Of a DNA stretch of 64,000 nucleotides, positions 1-11,589 are shown piece after piece (positions within the stretch are counted from its first letter, which is position 1; each line of letters begins with the position of its first letter). Origin of the DNA: Chiloscyllium plagiosum. Taxonomy: Eukaryota. The notes beneath the pieces were generated by a model. The model ran no database searches. It had not been told where the DNA came from and was given only the letters and a program-made list of their open reading frames with translations. The stretch is taken from contig NC_057718.1 of the NCBI RefSeq assembly GCF_004010195.1, positions 79,888,944 through 79,952,943 of the forward strand, in the 5' to 3' direction. The translations under genes and the position numbers were made by a program.

Positions 1-176
1 TGTGTGAAATGAACTCATCAGTCTTTGTACGTGCACACAATGAGCTGGAACACCTGGCAGTATATCATATTGCTTCCTGCTGCAGCACAAATATTCCCTT
101 TGTTGATGATTCCTAAGGTTCCTTACCAGGTGAGCAGAGCTTAGAGCATTCTATGGCCTCTGATACTGACTCTCCA

Positions 177-292
177 TTCTGAAGAAGTTCTGAAGAAGGG
201 TTGCTAGACCTGAAACATTAACTCCACTTTCTCTCCATAGAAGCTGGCAGGCCTGCTCAGTTTTTCCAGCATTTTCTGGTTTTGTCTCTCGA
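177..292 (+). mobile_element. Penelope-like element terminal repeat with minimal hammerhead motif
   Basis: AGTT-CTGAAGA-A-GGGTT-GCTA-GACCT-GAAA-CA-TT-AACT (186-223), then the tail ...CCTGCTCAGTTTTTCCAGCATTTTCTGGTTTTG. Related tails adjoin the GIY-YIG ORFs at 43.4k and 55.2k. Confidence 0.75.
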
Positions 293-304
293 TTGTTGTC
301 TCTC

Positions 305-512
305 CACCATTTCTGATGACGGGTTTTTGCCTGAAACATCGATTTTCCTGCTCCTCGGATGCTGCCTGACCTGCTGTGTTTTTCCAGCACCACTTTAACC
401 TTGACACCAAACCCCTCAGCCTGCCTTCTGAAGCGTACTCCAGCACAACGACACGCTTGGTCGTGACTCTAATCTTGACTCTAATCCCTAGCATCTGCAG
501 TATCCACTTATG
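305..512 (+). mobile_element. Second PLE-type terminal repeat with hammerhead motif and an internal ~64-bp insert
   Basis: CTGATGA-C-GGGT-TTTT-GCCT-GAAA-CA-TC (313-340), then GATGCTGCCTGACCTGCTGTG...CATCTGCAG. Homologous to 9286-9376 and 20941-21062. Confidence 0.7.
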
Positions 513-738
513 CCCTGAGGGATTTGGTGTGTTACAAACATCAGAATTTATGTGAATGCACCACTGTGCTCATCTTTACTGCTTTGTTTGGGCCTTTAAA
601 CTACATGGCTGCAACTCCAGCCATTGCCTTATTTGCTTCACTGGCAAACATATTCCTCAGTCAGAAACAGTAGATCTATGTAGGTTCTTAGAGTTTCAAA
701 CATCACCCTCAGGGAGATGTCACTCGAACAAGGTGCAG

Positions 739-3139
739 CCTAGTTGCTCTTGAGAAGATGGCAAGGGACTTTCCTTTTGAACTACTGCAGTCCATGTTTT
801 TTAGGTTAATCCATAATGTCCTTAGGGAGGGAATTCCTGGATTTTGACCCAGCAACACTGAAGAAATGGTGATATATTTCCAGGTCTGGTTTGTGAGTGG
901 CTTGGAGGGAAACTGGTATTCCCATGTATCTAATGCTCTTGTGGAAGTGGTCATGGGTTTGGAACATGCTGTCTAAGGACCTTTGGTGAATTTCTGCTGT
1001 GCATGGTGTACATGATACATACGACTTCTGCTGAGCATCGATGGTAGATGTGATGCCAGTCAAGTGGGCTGCTTTGCCTTGATACTGCAAAGCTCCTTGA
1101 GTGTTGTTGGAGCTGCTACAACCCAGGAAGGTGGGGTGTATTCCATCACACTCCTGCCTTGTGCCTTGTAGATGACAGAGAGGCTCTGGAGAGTCAGGAA
1201 GTGAGTTACTCATCGTTGTATTCCTAGTTTCTGACCTGCTGTTGCTGCCACTGTGTTTATGTAGTGAGTCCAGTTGAGTTTCAGATCAATGGTAACCACA
1301 AGGATGTTGATGGTGGAGGATTCAATGATGGTGACACTATTCACTGTCAAGGACCATTGGTTAGATTGTGTCTGTTTCTTATTGGAGATGGTCATAGCCT
1401 AGAAATTATGTAGCAAGAATGTTACTTGTCACTTGTCAGTCTGTCTGGATATTGCCCAGATTTTGCTGCATTTGACAATGGACTTCTCGGTATCCGAGGA
1501 GTCGTAAGTGTGGCAGAACATTGTGTAATCATCGATGAACATCCCCACTTCTGACCTTATGGTGGAAGGAAGGTCATTGATGAAGCAATTCATGATGGGT
1601 GGGCCGAGGACACTACCCAGAGGAACTCCTGCAGGGATCTTACAGTCATAGAGTTGTACAGCACGAAAACAGATCCTTCAGTCCAGCTTGCCCATGTCGA
1701 GCAGGTTTCCCAAAATAAACTAGTCCTATCTGCCTGCATTTGGCCCATATTCCTTTAAACCATTGGAGGAGGTTGAGATGGATCATCCACTTGGCACTTC
1801 TGGTTTGTCTGTAGGATCATTTAACTCTGTCACTGGCTTCTATACTGTTTGGCATGCAAGTAGTCCTGTTCGATAGCTTCATCAGATTGATAATTCATTT
1901 TTAGGTATGCCTGGTGCTGCTTCTGCTATGCCCTCCTGCACTGTACATTGAACCAGGGTTAATCCCCTGGTTTGATGGTAATGGTTGAGTGGGGGACATG
2001 CCAGGCCATGAAGTTGCAGACTGTGCTTGAGTTAATGGCCCAAATGCCTCGTGGATTCCTGGTCTTCAGTTGTTAGATCTGTTCAAATTCTGTCTGATGG
2101 TGATAGAGCTACACAACACAACGGAGGATATTCTCACCATGAAGATGGGACTTCATCTCCACAAAGACAGTATGGTGCTCATCTTACTGATGCTGTCATG
2201 GAGAGATGCATCTGCAGCTGGCTGAATGGTAAGGTTGCGGTCAAGTATGTTTTTCCCTCTAGTTTGTTCCCTCATCACCTGCCACAGACCCAACAAGCTT
2301 GATTAATAGTGCTGCTTCCAATGCTGCACATTGAAATGCATTTTGCCACCCTCAGTGCTTCTTCCATGTGTTATTCAACATGGAGCAGTCCTGATTTATC
2401 AGCTGAGGATGGTACATGATAATCAGTAGGAGGTTTCCTTGCCCATGTTTAACATGAAGCTATGAGACTTCATGGACTATGGAGGCAATGTTGAGGACTC
2501 AAAGAGCAACTCCCTCCTGATTGTATACCACTGTGCCGCCACCTTTTCTGGGTCTATCCTGCTGGGGGGACAGGACTGATATGAGGATGGTAATGGTGGT
2601 GTCTGGGACTTTGTAAGGTATGATTCTGTAAGAATAACTATATCAGGCTATTTCTTGACGAGTCTGTGATTCAGCTCTCTCAATTTTGGCACTCATCCAA
2701 GGTATTCATCAAAAGAACTTTGCAGGGTTGACTGGGCTGTTTCTATCATTGTCTTTTCCGGATGCCTATGTGAATGATTTGTTGATGCCAATTGATCAGT
2801 CCAATTTCATTTCTCTGAAAGTTTGCAGTGATTGATACAATTGGGTGGCTTGCTAGGCCATTTCGGAGAGCAATTGAGAGTCAACTACATTACTGTGGGT
2901 CTGGAGTTACATGTAGGTCAGACGAGGTAATTGATGGCAGACTTCCTTTATTGAAGGACATTAATGAGCCAGATGGACCTTTCCAAAAATCCACAATGCT
3001 TTTGTGGTCATTTTAATTCCAGACATTTTACTAAATTCCAATTCTACCATCTGCCATTGCAGGATTTTAGCCCGGATCTTCAGAGCTGAGTTTCTAGATT
3101 AATAATCTAGCAATAATACCACTAGGCCATTGACTTCCC
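739..3139 (-). mobile_element. CR1-group LINE (APE+RT), decayed and internally deleted, with tRNA-like 5' head
   Basis: Minus strand: APE start (..ELNHRLVKK*PDIVILTESYL), RT core (AGVPLGSVLGPPIMNCFINDLPSTIRSEVGMFIDDYT) and C-terminus (DLEIYHHFFSVAGSKSRNSLP). Head GGGAAGTCAATGGCCTAGTGG at 3139-3119. Confidence 0.85.
1643..1762 (-). mobile_element. HER1/CR1 3' tail nested in the LINE
   Basis: AGTCATAGAGTTGTACAGCAC...TTTGGCCCATATTCC matches the CR1 3' ends at 33122 and 38505. Confidence 0.8.
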
Positions 3140-3144
3140 ACTTA

Positions 3145-3460
3145 TTAGATTAGATTAGATTAGATTACATTATATTACAGTGTAGAAACAGGCCCTTCGG
3201 CCCAACAAGTCCACACCGACCCACCGAAGCGCAACCCACCCATACCCCTTACCTAACACTACGGGCAATTTAGTATGGCCAATTCACCTGACCTGCACAT
3301 CTTTGGACTGTGGGAGGAAACCGGAGCACCCGGAGGAAACCCACGCAGACACAGGGAGAACGTGCAAACTCCACACAGTCAGTCGCCTGAGGCGGGAATT
3401 GAACCCAGGTCTCTGGCGCTGTGAGGCAGCAGTGCTAACCACTGGGCCACCGTACCGCCC
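3145..3460 (-). mobile_element. HE1-type V-SINE, full length and young
   Basis: Minus strand: tRNA-derived head GGGCGGTACGGTGGCCCAGTGGTTAGC (A box) and GGGTTCAATTCCC (B box), V-domain GTGTGGAGTTTGCACGTTCTCCC, CR1-like tail, (TCTAA)n end. Many CpGs retained. Confidence 0.92.
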
Positions 3461-3729
3461 ACATATAGCATACAGCTAAAAGAAATCACTGACAGAGGCA
3501 CTGCCAGGTTTCCTGCATGCTATCATATACCCTCACTTCCAGTATGTCAGGAATTCAAAATCCAGGCCATTCTTTTTGTCCACAAGCAAAAAATACTCTT
3601 AGAAAAGGACCATTTCATTATTGGTATGACACATTTCAGATCTATAATGTTTTGAAGATTAAATTATGCTCTTAAGTCTTTAAATCACATCTAATTACTT
3701 AATTAATGTTTGCAAATAAATTGATACGC

Positions 3730-4152
3730 TGTTGAGAAAAGATTACATTTTGTAATCAGGACAATTTGTAAGAATACCAACAAATGGGAAATCCAACATT
3801 CATACTGTATGAGAGAAGAATGCTGATTGGTTGGCAGGTAGACTCTAATTGGTAGAGTGTTGCCATGAAGAATTAAGTAGTTAATGAATATTTACTGTTA
3901 AGTGTCAGGCTTTGTTTGGATTACACACCAGGCAGGTTGGCACTGATTAGTCAGGACATAGCCCATGAAATGAACCAGCAAATGCTGTCATCTATTATGT
4001 TGAATTGAAAGAACAAAGAACACAGAAAGAGATTCATTCAGAATGTTCAAGGGCATTTTTTTGTCTGCAAGGAACAGAATCCCATGTATTCATATAGTTT
4101 CCAAATGAAATGTGTACCACACTGTAAGCCTAACCGACAATCCTAAATTAAG
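3730..4152 (-). mobile_element. Poseidon/Penelope-type PLE 3' end (pseudo-LTR), decayed
   Basis: Homologous to 14062-14400 and 14640-15050 (GACAATCCTAAATT, repeated CTGATTGG boxes, decayed GTCCTGATTA hammerhead core near 3750). Confidence 0.65.
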
Positions 4153-4939
4153 TATAAATTAACTTGTACTAAGAAGTTTTGTCTGCAGCAATCATGGAAA
4201 TAGATTTGAAGAAAAACACATACCAAAGAGAATAATTTGTCAATATTATAGCATACTACAATATATATAGCATTGTATTCAATATTAATCAGTGCAAACA
4301 AGCGTACTTCAGCATTAATTCAATGAATATTTTATCTACCCATGTAGAACAGTTCAATCAAATCTTCACAGCAAACCAGTTGACTACATATGGTCACAGT
4401 GGAGTCTGCAGTTGTTTAATCTTGTTATCTTTTAGTATAAATTTCATACTGAGCTGTAAATCACTATTGCTGATAAATAGAAGCGCCAATATCTTCAATG
4501 TTAATACAAGATTAGATATGTCCATTAGTTTATTGGAATAGGATTTATTCAGTAAAATTTTGTAGTGGCATGTTTCAGCCCAATGTGAATGGAAGCACCA
4601 CTTGACCTCAAAATTGGGAATGAAGTGGAGCAAGTGAATCATGTGTCAGGAGGGTAACATTTAGGGCACAATGATTTAAGTTGCCAATAGAAAATGACAA
4701 GGAACAATTCAGGGTAAGAATAATTAACCAGAGAAAACCAACTTAAATGAGGAAAGAATGGACCTGACCTCGACTTAAACATTTGGATGTAAAGGATGGC
4801 AGAAGACATGAAACTGAACATTAAAAAGGAGCCATTAGCATAGAGAGTAACTAAACTCAAAGGTCCCTGAATGTCAAAAAATAAAGAGATTAAAATGAAG
4901 AAAAAGAAATGCACTTACGACAGACATCACTCTGATTAC

Positions 4940-5236
4940 AGTGGAAGGGGTGCCGAAGAGGTTCACCAGAATGTTGCCTGGGAGGGAACAGTTTAGCTGT
5001 GAAGAGAGGTTGGGTAAGCTTGAGTTGTTTTCTTTTGAGTAGAGAAGGTTGAGAGGGGACCTGGTTGCCTTGTATAAGATTCTGAAGGTTGTGGACAGGG
5101 TGGATAGAAAGCAGTTGAAAGGTCAATAACAAAGGGGCATAATTTTAAGATGCAAGGCAGAGGTTTAGAGGGATTTAAGGAAAATTTTCACTTAGTGTTG
5201 AAATGCAGAGGATAGTTGAGGTGGAAACCTCACAAT
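4940..5236 (+). mobile_element. CR1 LINE 3' fragment
   Basis: EGVPKRFTRMLPG...EERLGKLELFSFE*RRLRGDLVALYKIL, the CR1 ORF2 C-terminus. Confidence 0.8.
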
Positions 5237-6245
5237 CTAGCAGTCTGGAGCCCTCTAGATCCCAGATCCTGAGATAATGCCCACCAAAGTCATCTGGAAC
5301 AAGCCAGCAAACCAGTCATCAGGCTTGGTCAAGCTCAACTGTCTCTACTGAAGTGGCATCATATGAAGTAGTAGGAAAATAAAGATTAAAGAATATTAAA
5401 GTCACTTTGGGTGCACAGTCTTAATGTTCTGTTAGGTGAAGTACAGCACTTTGTACAACAGTTCTGTGATCTATTTCAGTAAGTCTTCTACTTATTCATG
5501 TTTTCTTTGTCGACTATCAAGATGGTGGGTTGACCACTATACAAACTCACATGTGGAGCATTGTAAAGAGTACTGAGTCTGTCATTCTTTGTTGCCTACT
5601 AGGACAGTAGGAAGATACGCCATTTATTGGTGTTTCAGGAATCAATTAACATAGTTTATCCTCTCTACATCTCTGTAATAAACATATATCCCTTGCAAAC
5701 CGCTTTCAGACATAGATGCACAATTATGTATTTCTCGTAACACTTTATATTAATATTTTGACTAGGAAACTGAACAGGAAGTTATAGGGGCCAAGGCAAC
5801 AAATTAACTTACAATTAATAGCAGACAAAATATATTGACATTTTTAAGATAAAAGGAAGCATTCCCTTTACATTATCATTAGGTCATAGATCTAATTTTT
5901 CTCATACGTTGATGCAAAGTCATTTGCATTCAAATCTACCTACTGTTAGGTTCTCTCAGACCTGTTTGCTGCATCCCACTACTGCCCTTGCTTCTGCAGC
6001 AACTTTATCATTAATGCTGACTCCCTCAGCTTCTCCATCAGACTCCCATTCTTCCTCTAAGAAGGAGACAGGTCCACCTCTCCCTCTTCTAAATTCTCAC
6101 CTCATTGTTGAGATATATTATGCAGAAAATAGTCATTACTTTGAAGATCCTGTCACCAAGTACTGAACCACTAGACTTGAGTGATCCAGGTAACAGAAGT
6201 GCATCTTCAGGAAACCAATTATCTGTTCAATGATCATCCTGATAG

Positions 6246-6342
6246 ATAAACCTAAACCCCTGCCTTCCATCTTAAAATTATGCCCCCTTGTTATTGACCT
6301 TTGAACTAAGGGGAACAGCTACTTTCTATCCACCCTGTTCAT
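6246..6342 (-). mobile_element. CR1 fragment inserted in the Harbinger transposase
   Basis: Reverse-complement homolog of 5095-5170 (GGGCATAATTTTAAGATG). Confidence 0.7.
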
Positions 6343-6600
6343 CTGTCGGCATCAGTCTGAGGGTTGCATACTGGGACCTTAGCCATGATTTCTCAATGCA
6401 CCCTTTGTCACACACCATACAGATAATGCAAAAGAACAGATGTACGTGAAACATGGGAGTTACGTAGAATGCAAGCATTCTTATATCTTGCCAAATAGCA
6501 AATGCGTACTAGTTGGAAATGTTGCTTGTTGGCTCAAATCAACTGAACACTAAGAGAGTGAAATACCTTCCTGTCCAGGAATCTGCCTGGATGAATCCAG

Positions 6601-6718
6601 TTAAAAATCACACAACATCAGGTTATAGTCAAGCTAGTGCTTCCAAATAAACTATAACTTGGTGTTGTGTGATTTTTAACATTGTCCACCACAGTCCAAA
6701 ACCGGCACCTCCACACCA
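6601..6718. mobile_element. Short insertion with 30-bp inverted repeat (PLE-type terminus) and 13-bp target duplication
   Basis: Arms at 6600-6629 and 6651-6680. TSD TGGATGAATCCAG (6588-6600) / TGGATAAATCCAG (6719-6731). Confidence 0.8.
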
Positions 6719-8195
6719 TGGATAAATCCAGGGAGCTCTGAACACATGTGCGCTATTGATGGCCCCTTGTATTTGAAGGAATCCAGGAATTACTACAAAT
6801 CTGATGGCTGGAGTCACTTGGGTCACTTGGTCCATGGTAAATGGGGCTGTACTGTTTTCCTGCAAAGATTATCAGTGAAATCACAAATGCATTTGTGGAC
6901 TACTGACTGGAAGATACCACACATGTCACCAGTTGGGTTTTGAAAGGAGCCGATGACTAGGAAGTTTAATTCTACTGAGATCTTCAGCCTCACAGAAATA
7001 GAGTTTGTCTGTAGACATGCCTGCAGGAGATGGTAGATGCAGGTGATGACATCCCTAGTCATGCAAAAACAGTTCTAGCTTTCACTCACCTGCCGGTACC
7101 TGCCATGCTTTTGGCACACGGTCACTTGTTCCACAGCTCAAGGCACTAAAGACCCTGGTTCCCTTCTTCAGGCACTATCTGCTTGTCCACAGCTAATCCT
7201 TTATTTCTGGTTTCTTTGGAATTTTGGTGTGGTTGCACTCTGCAAGTGCATGCGCAAACAGACCTCAGGCCCTTCACAATTATACAGTGCATTCTCTGCA
7301 ACATCTTTCTTGTGAGCTGATTTAAGACAGAGAGAGCATGATAGTGTTTGTAAAATGATTCTGGTGTCACTCACCCTCTACATTACAATTTTACCCCCAT
7401 CAAATCAAGACGTCCTTTCCTGTGACATCTCTCTGTCCTTCAATCTCCCCCATGATTACTGGCTCCTCGTATTTGCCTTAATATCTGTCCTCTTCTCCCT
7501 TCTCCCATCTAGATTCCTATACTCAGTCTTCGCCTTTCTCTGCTCCTTATAAAACTCTCCTGCTCTTTCTTTCTCCCAGTGCACTTAATTACCCCATTGC
7601 ATTCTTCACTGTAAATATGCAATTCCAACCCCTCCTTATCCCCCCCACCAGATCGTGCATGACAATCAATGTGATTCTCTCTGTATCATCAATAATAATT
7701 TCCATCACCCATTCCCAAGATCTTTCTGATGTTCCAAAAAACATACCCTTCAAGTTTCATTCCCTACCATTCCTTCCTAACCAGTCCACCTTGATGTGAA
7801 ACTTTTCATTTGAGCACTCTTTGGAGGTCAGACCCACTTACTTGACCCAGTTAGTTTTGCTGGCATCAGTTTACATGACTGTCTTGCCTAGGCAGGCCTA
7901 TTGAACTAGTCAGTCTTCACTCCTTACACTGGAAGCATTTGAGAACAGTAAACAAGACCTCTCATGAGCTGACTGACACAGTGAGGCTTCAATCCCTACA
8001 CTATAGTGTTTTTGCGCAAAGTAATTATATACATCAGATTTGTCATCAGAAGTGATTTTCATTTTTGGCTAACAAGCTTGCACAAGTGAATGTAATTCCA
8101 TGGGCTGGATTATTAATAAGTTGTTATTGAATGTTAATGATTGCAAGAGGTTCCTGTCTATTAAGGTTGGAAAAGCCAACCTATCTGAAAAGTTC

Positions 8196-10078
8196 GGAGC
8201 TGGTTATTGCTGAGCAGATGCTGTTTGATAGCACTGTTGATGCCACCTTCCATCACTTTACTGGTGATTGAGAGTGGACTGATAGGGCGGTAATTGGCCA
8301 AGTTGGATTTGTCTTGCTTTTTGTGTACAGGACATACCTGGGCAATTTTCCACATTGGTGGGTTGATACCAGTGTTGTAACTGTACTGGAACAGGTTGGC
8401 TAGGGGAGCAGCAAATTCTGGAGCACAAGTCTTCAGTCCTATTGCCAGAATGTTGCCCCATATCCTTTGCAGTATCTGGTGTCTCCAACCGTTTCTTGAT
8501 ATCATGTGGAGTGAATCAAATGAGTTGGGTACCACTGGAGGAGTTCAAGATTGCTGCGAAAACTTCAGCCTTATCTTTTACATGATATGCGCTCTTCCAT
8601 CATTGAGGATGGGGATTTTTGTGGAGCCTCCTCTTCCAGTGAGTTGTTTGATCAACCACCACCATCCACGACTGGATGTGGCAGGACTGCAGATCTGATC
8701 AATTGGTTGTGGGATCGTTTAGCTCTGTCTATTACTTGCTGCTTATGCTGTTTGATATGCACTTTGTCCTTTTTGGTGGCTTCACCATCTTCAGGTATGC
8801 TTGGTGCTGCTCTTGGCATGCCCTCCTGCACTCTCCATTGAACCAGGGTTAACCTGGCTTCATGAAATTGGTTATGTGGGGGACATGCTAGGCCATGAGC
8901 TTACAGATTGTGCTGGAGTACAATTCTGCTGCTGTTGATGCACCTCATGGATGCCCAGTCTTGAATTGCTAGGTCTATTTGAAGTCTGTCCCGTTTAGCA
9001 TGGTGATAGTGTCACACATCGCAATGGAGATTATTCCATAGAAGAACTGTGCGGTGCTCACTCTTATTGATACTGTCATGGACAGATGCATCTGCAGCCA
9101 GCAGATTGGTATCGATGAGGTCAAGTAAGTTTTTCCCTCTTGTTAGTTCCCTTCCACCTGCCGCAGACCCAGTCTACCAGCTATGTCCTTTCAGATCTGA
9201 CCATCTCGATCAAGTCGAGCCACTCTTGATGGTGAATATTGAAATCCTCAGTGCTTTCTCTCAGTGTTGTTCAACGTGGAGGAGGTAAAAACAATGACTG
9301 CAGATGCTGGAAACCAGAGTCTAGACTAGAATGGTGCTGGAAATGCACCGCAGTTCAGGCAGCATCCGAGGAGCAGTGGTACTAATTCATCGGCTGAGGG
9401 AGAACGGTACGTGGTAATTAGCAGAAGGTTTCCTTGCCCATTGTTAACCTGAAGCCACAACACATCATGGGGTCCGCAGTCAATGTTGATGACTTCCAGG
9501 CCAGCTCCCTCTCAAGTGTATATCACTGTGCTACCACATCTGCCAGGTCTGGCCTACTGGTTGGACTGGACATAACCAGAGACTGTGATGGTGGGGGTCT
9601 GGGACATTGTCTGTAAGATATGATTCTGTGAGTATGACTACATCAGGCTGTTGCTTGTCTAGTCTGTGAGACAGCTCTCCAAATTTTGGCACTAACCCAC
9701 AGATAATAGTAAGGATCAACCGGGTCAACAAGACTGTTTCTGCCATTGTCTTTTCCAGTGCCTAGGTCGATGCTGGGTGATCTGCCCAGTTTAATTTCTT
9801 TGAGACTTTATAGTAATTGGTAAAACTGAATGGCTTGCTGGGTCATTTCACACAGCAATTGAGAGTCAGCCACATTTCTGTGGGTCTGCAGTCACATTTA
9901 GGCCAGGCTGGGTGAGATTGCCTTCCTTGAAGGACATTTGTGAACCAAATGGGTTTTTCCAACAATTGACCGTGATCTCATAGACCAGTAGATCCTTAAT
10001 TCCAGATTTGTTATTGAATTCAAATCGGCCATGGCGGGATTAGAACACAGGTTCCCAGAACGTTTGCTGAATTTCTGG
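8196..10078 (-). mobile_element. 5' half (tRNA-like head, APE, RT N-terminus) of the tRNA-headed CR1-group LINE, inverted
   Basis: ORF 9531-9746 (ICGLVPKFGELSHRLDKQQPDVVILTESYL) and ORF 8161-8535 (WKIAQVCPVHKKQDKSNLANYRPISPLSITSKVMEG). B-box-like GTTCTAATCC at 10046-10037. Confidence 0.88.
9286..9376 (-). mobile_element. Truncated PLE-type terminus nested in the LINE APE region
   Basis: TGACTGCAGATGCTGG...GGCAGCATCCGAGGAGCAG is a reverse-complement homolog of 348-500. Confidence 0.7.
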
Positions 10079-10157
10079 AAGATTGTGGGAGGCAGGAAAT
10101 TCTTTGGGTGGGAGGCAAAGCATTTGTTTCCCAAAAACGGATTAAAGTTTTCGTATT

Positions 10158-11370
10158 TCTCCTGACCTCGTGACAGCCTTGGTTCAAACATAGACAAAGG
10201 AGCTGAATTCCGAGGTGATGAGAGTGACAGCCCTTGACATCAAGGCTGCATTTGACAGAGTGTGGCATCAAGGAGCCCTAACAAAACTGGAATCAACAGG
10301 TATCGGGAGCACACTGTCCGGTGGTTGGAGTCATACCTGACACATAGAAGGATGGTCATGGTTATTGGAGGTCAATTATCTCAGCTCTAGGACACCTCTA
10401 TAGGAGTTCCTCAGGGTAGTGTCCTACGCCCAACCATCTTCAGCTGCTTCATCAATGAGCCTTCTTCCATTATACAGTCAGAAGTGTTGATGTTCGCCGA
10501 TGATTGTGCTATGTTCAGCACCGTTCGTGTCTCCTCAGATACTGAAGCAGTCCATGTTCAAATGCAACAAGATCTAGAAAATATCCAGGCTTGGGCTGAC
10601 ACATGGTAAGTAACATCTGCGTCAGACAAATGTCAGGCAATGACCATCACCAATAAGAGACAATCTAAACCACCACCCCTTGACATTCAATGGTGTTACT
10701 ATCACTGAATCCCGCACTATCAACATCCTGAGGGCTATCATTGATCAGAAATTGGACTCACTACATAAACATAGTGGCTACAAGAGCAGTAAGAGTCTAG
10801 GAATATTGCAGTGCATAACTCACCTCCTGATGTCCACCATCTACAAGGCACAAGTCAGGAGTGTGATGGAACACTCTCAACTAGCCTGGATGAGTGTAGC
10901 GCTAATAACACCCAACAAACCTGGCAACATACATCATACAGCTCACTTGATTGGAATCATATCCACAAGTATCCATTCCCTCCACCGCTGATGCTTAGTA
11001 GCAGCACTGTGTACTATTTATAAGATACTCTGGAGAAATTCAAAAATCTTTAGACAGCACCGTCCAAAACCCACAACCATTTCCATCTAGAAGGACAAGG
11101 GCAGCAGATATATGAGATCACTATCACCTTCAAGTTCCCCTCCAATCCACTCACCATCCTGACTTGGAAATATATTGCTGTTCCTTCACTGTCGCTGGGT
11201 CAAAATCTCGGAATTCTTACTCTAATGGAATTGTAAGTCAACCCACAGCAGGTGGACTGCAGTAGTTCAAGAAAGCAGCTCTTCACCATCTTCTCAAGAG
11301 CAACTAGGGATAGGCAATAAATGCTGGCCAGCCAGCAATGTCCACATCCCACAAATGAATAGATTAAGGA
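10158..11370 (+). mobile_element. 3' half (RT core to tail) of the same LINE
   Basis: PDLVTALVQT*TKELNS..VTALDIKAAFDRVWHQG..GVPQGSVLRPTIFSCFIN..MFADDCAMF, then 3' tail GGCAATAAATGCTGGCCAGCCAGC. Confidence 0.9.
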
Positions 11371-11589
11371 AAAATTTAAAAGCTTGAAGTGAACCCAGAG
11401 GATTCCATAATAAACACTCTCTCTCACTCTGCCTTTTCCACTTTGTCTCTCTGTCAGCCAATCCAGTCCTGACATGATGATCAACAAAATATTGTGTATC
11501 TGAAAACAAAGATGGATTTCGACAGTACAGGTCATAAAGATTAAACAAACTTAAAACAAAAAAGTTATGTTAGCCTTATTGACTTCAAT

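Larger units (their letters stand above)
5925..7120 (-). pseudogene. PIF/Harbinger (HARBI1-like) DDE transposase fossil, nearly complete, split by two insertions
   Basis: Colinear minus-strand segments: ISVRLKISVELNFLVIGSFQNPTGDMCGIFQSVVHKCICDFTD / GFLQIQGAINSAHVFRAP / FLDRKVFHSLSVQLI / DKG..WL..PVCNPQTDAD / IRMIIEQIIGFLKMHFCYLDHS / LHN, then an acidic tail. Contains stops and frameshifts. Confidence 0.88.

Noticed and set aside
3385..3460. tRNA gene
   Set aside because: The A and B boxes belong to an HE1 SINE head that continues into V-domain and LINE tail; there is no acceptor-stem closure or poly-T terminator.
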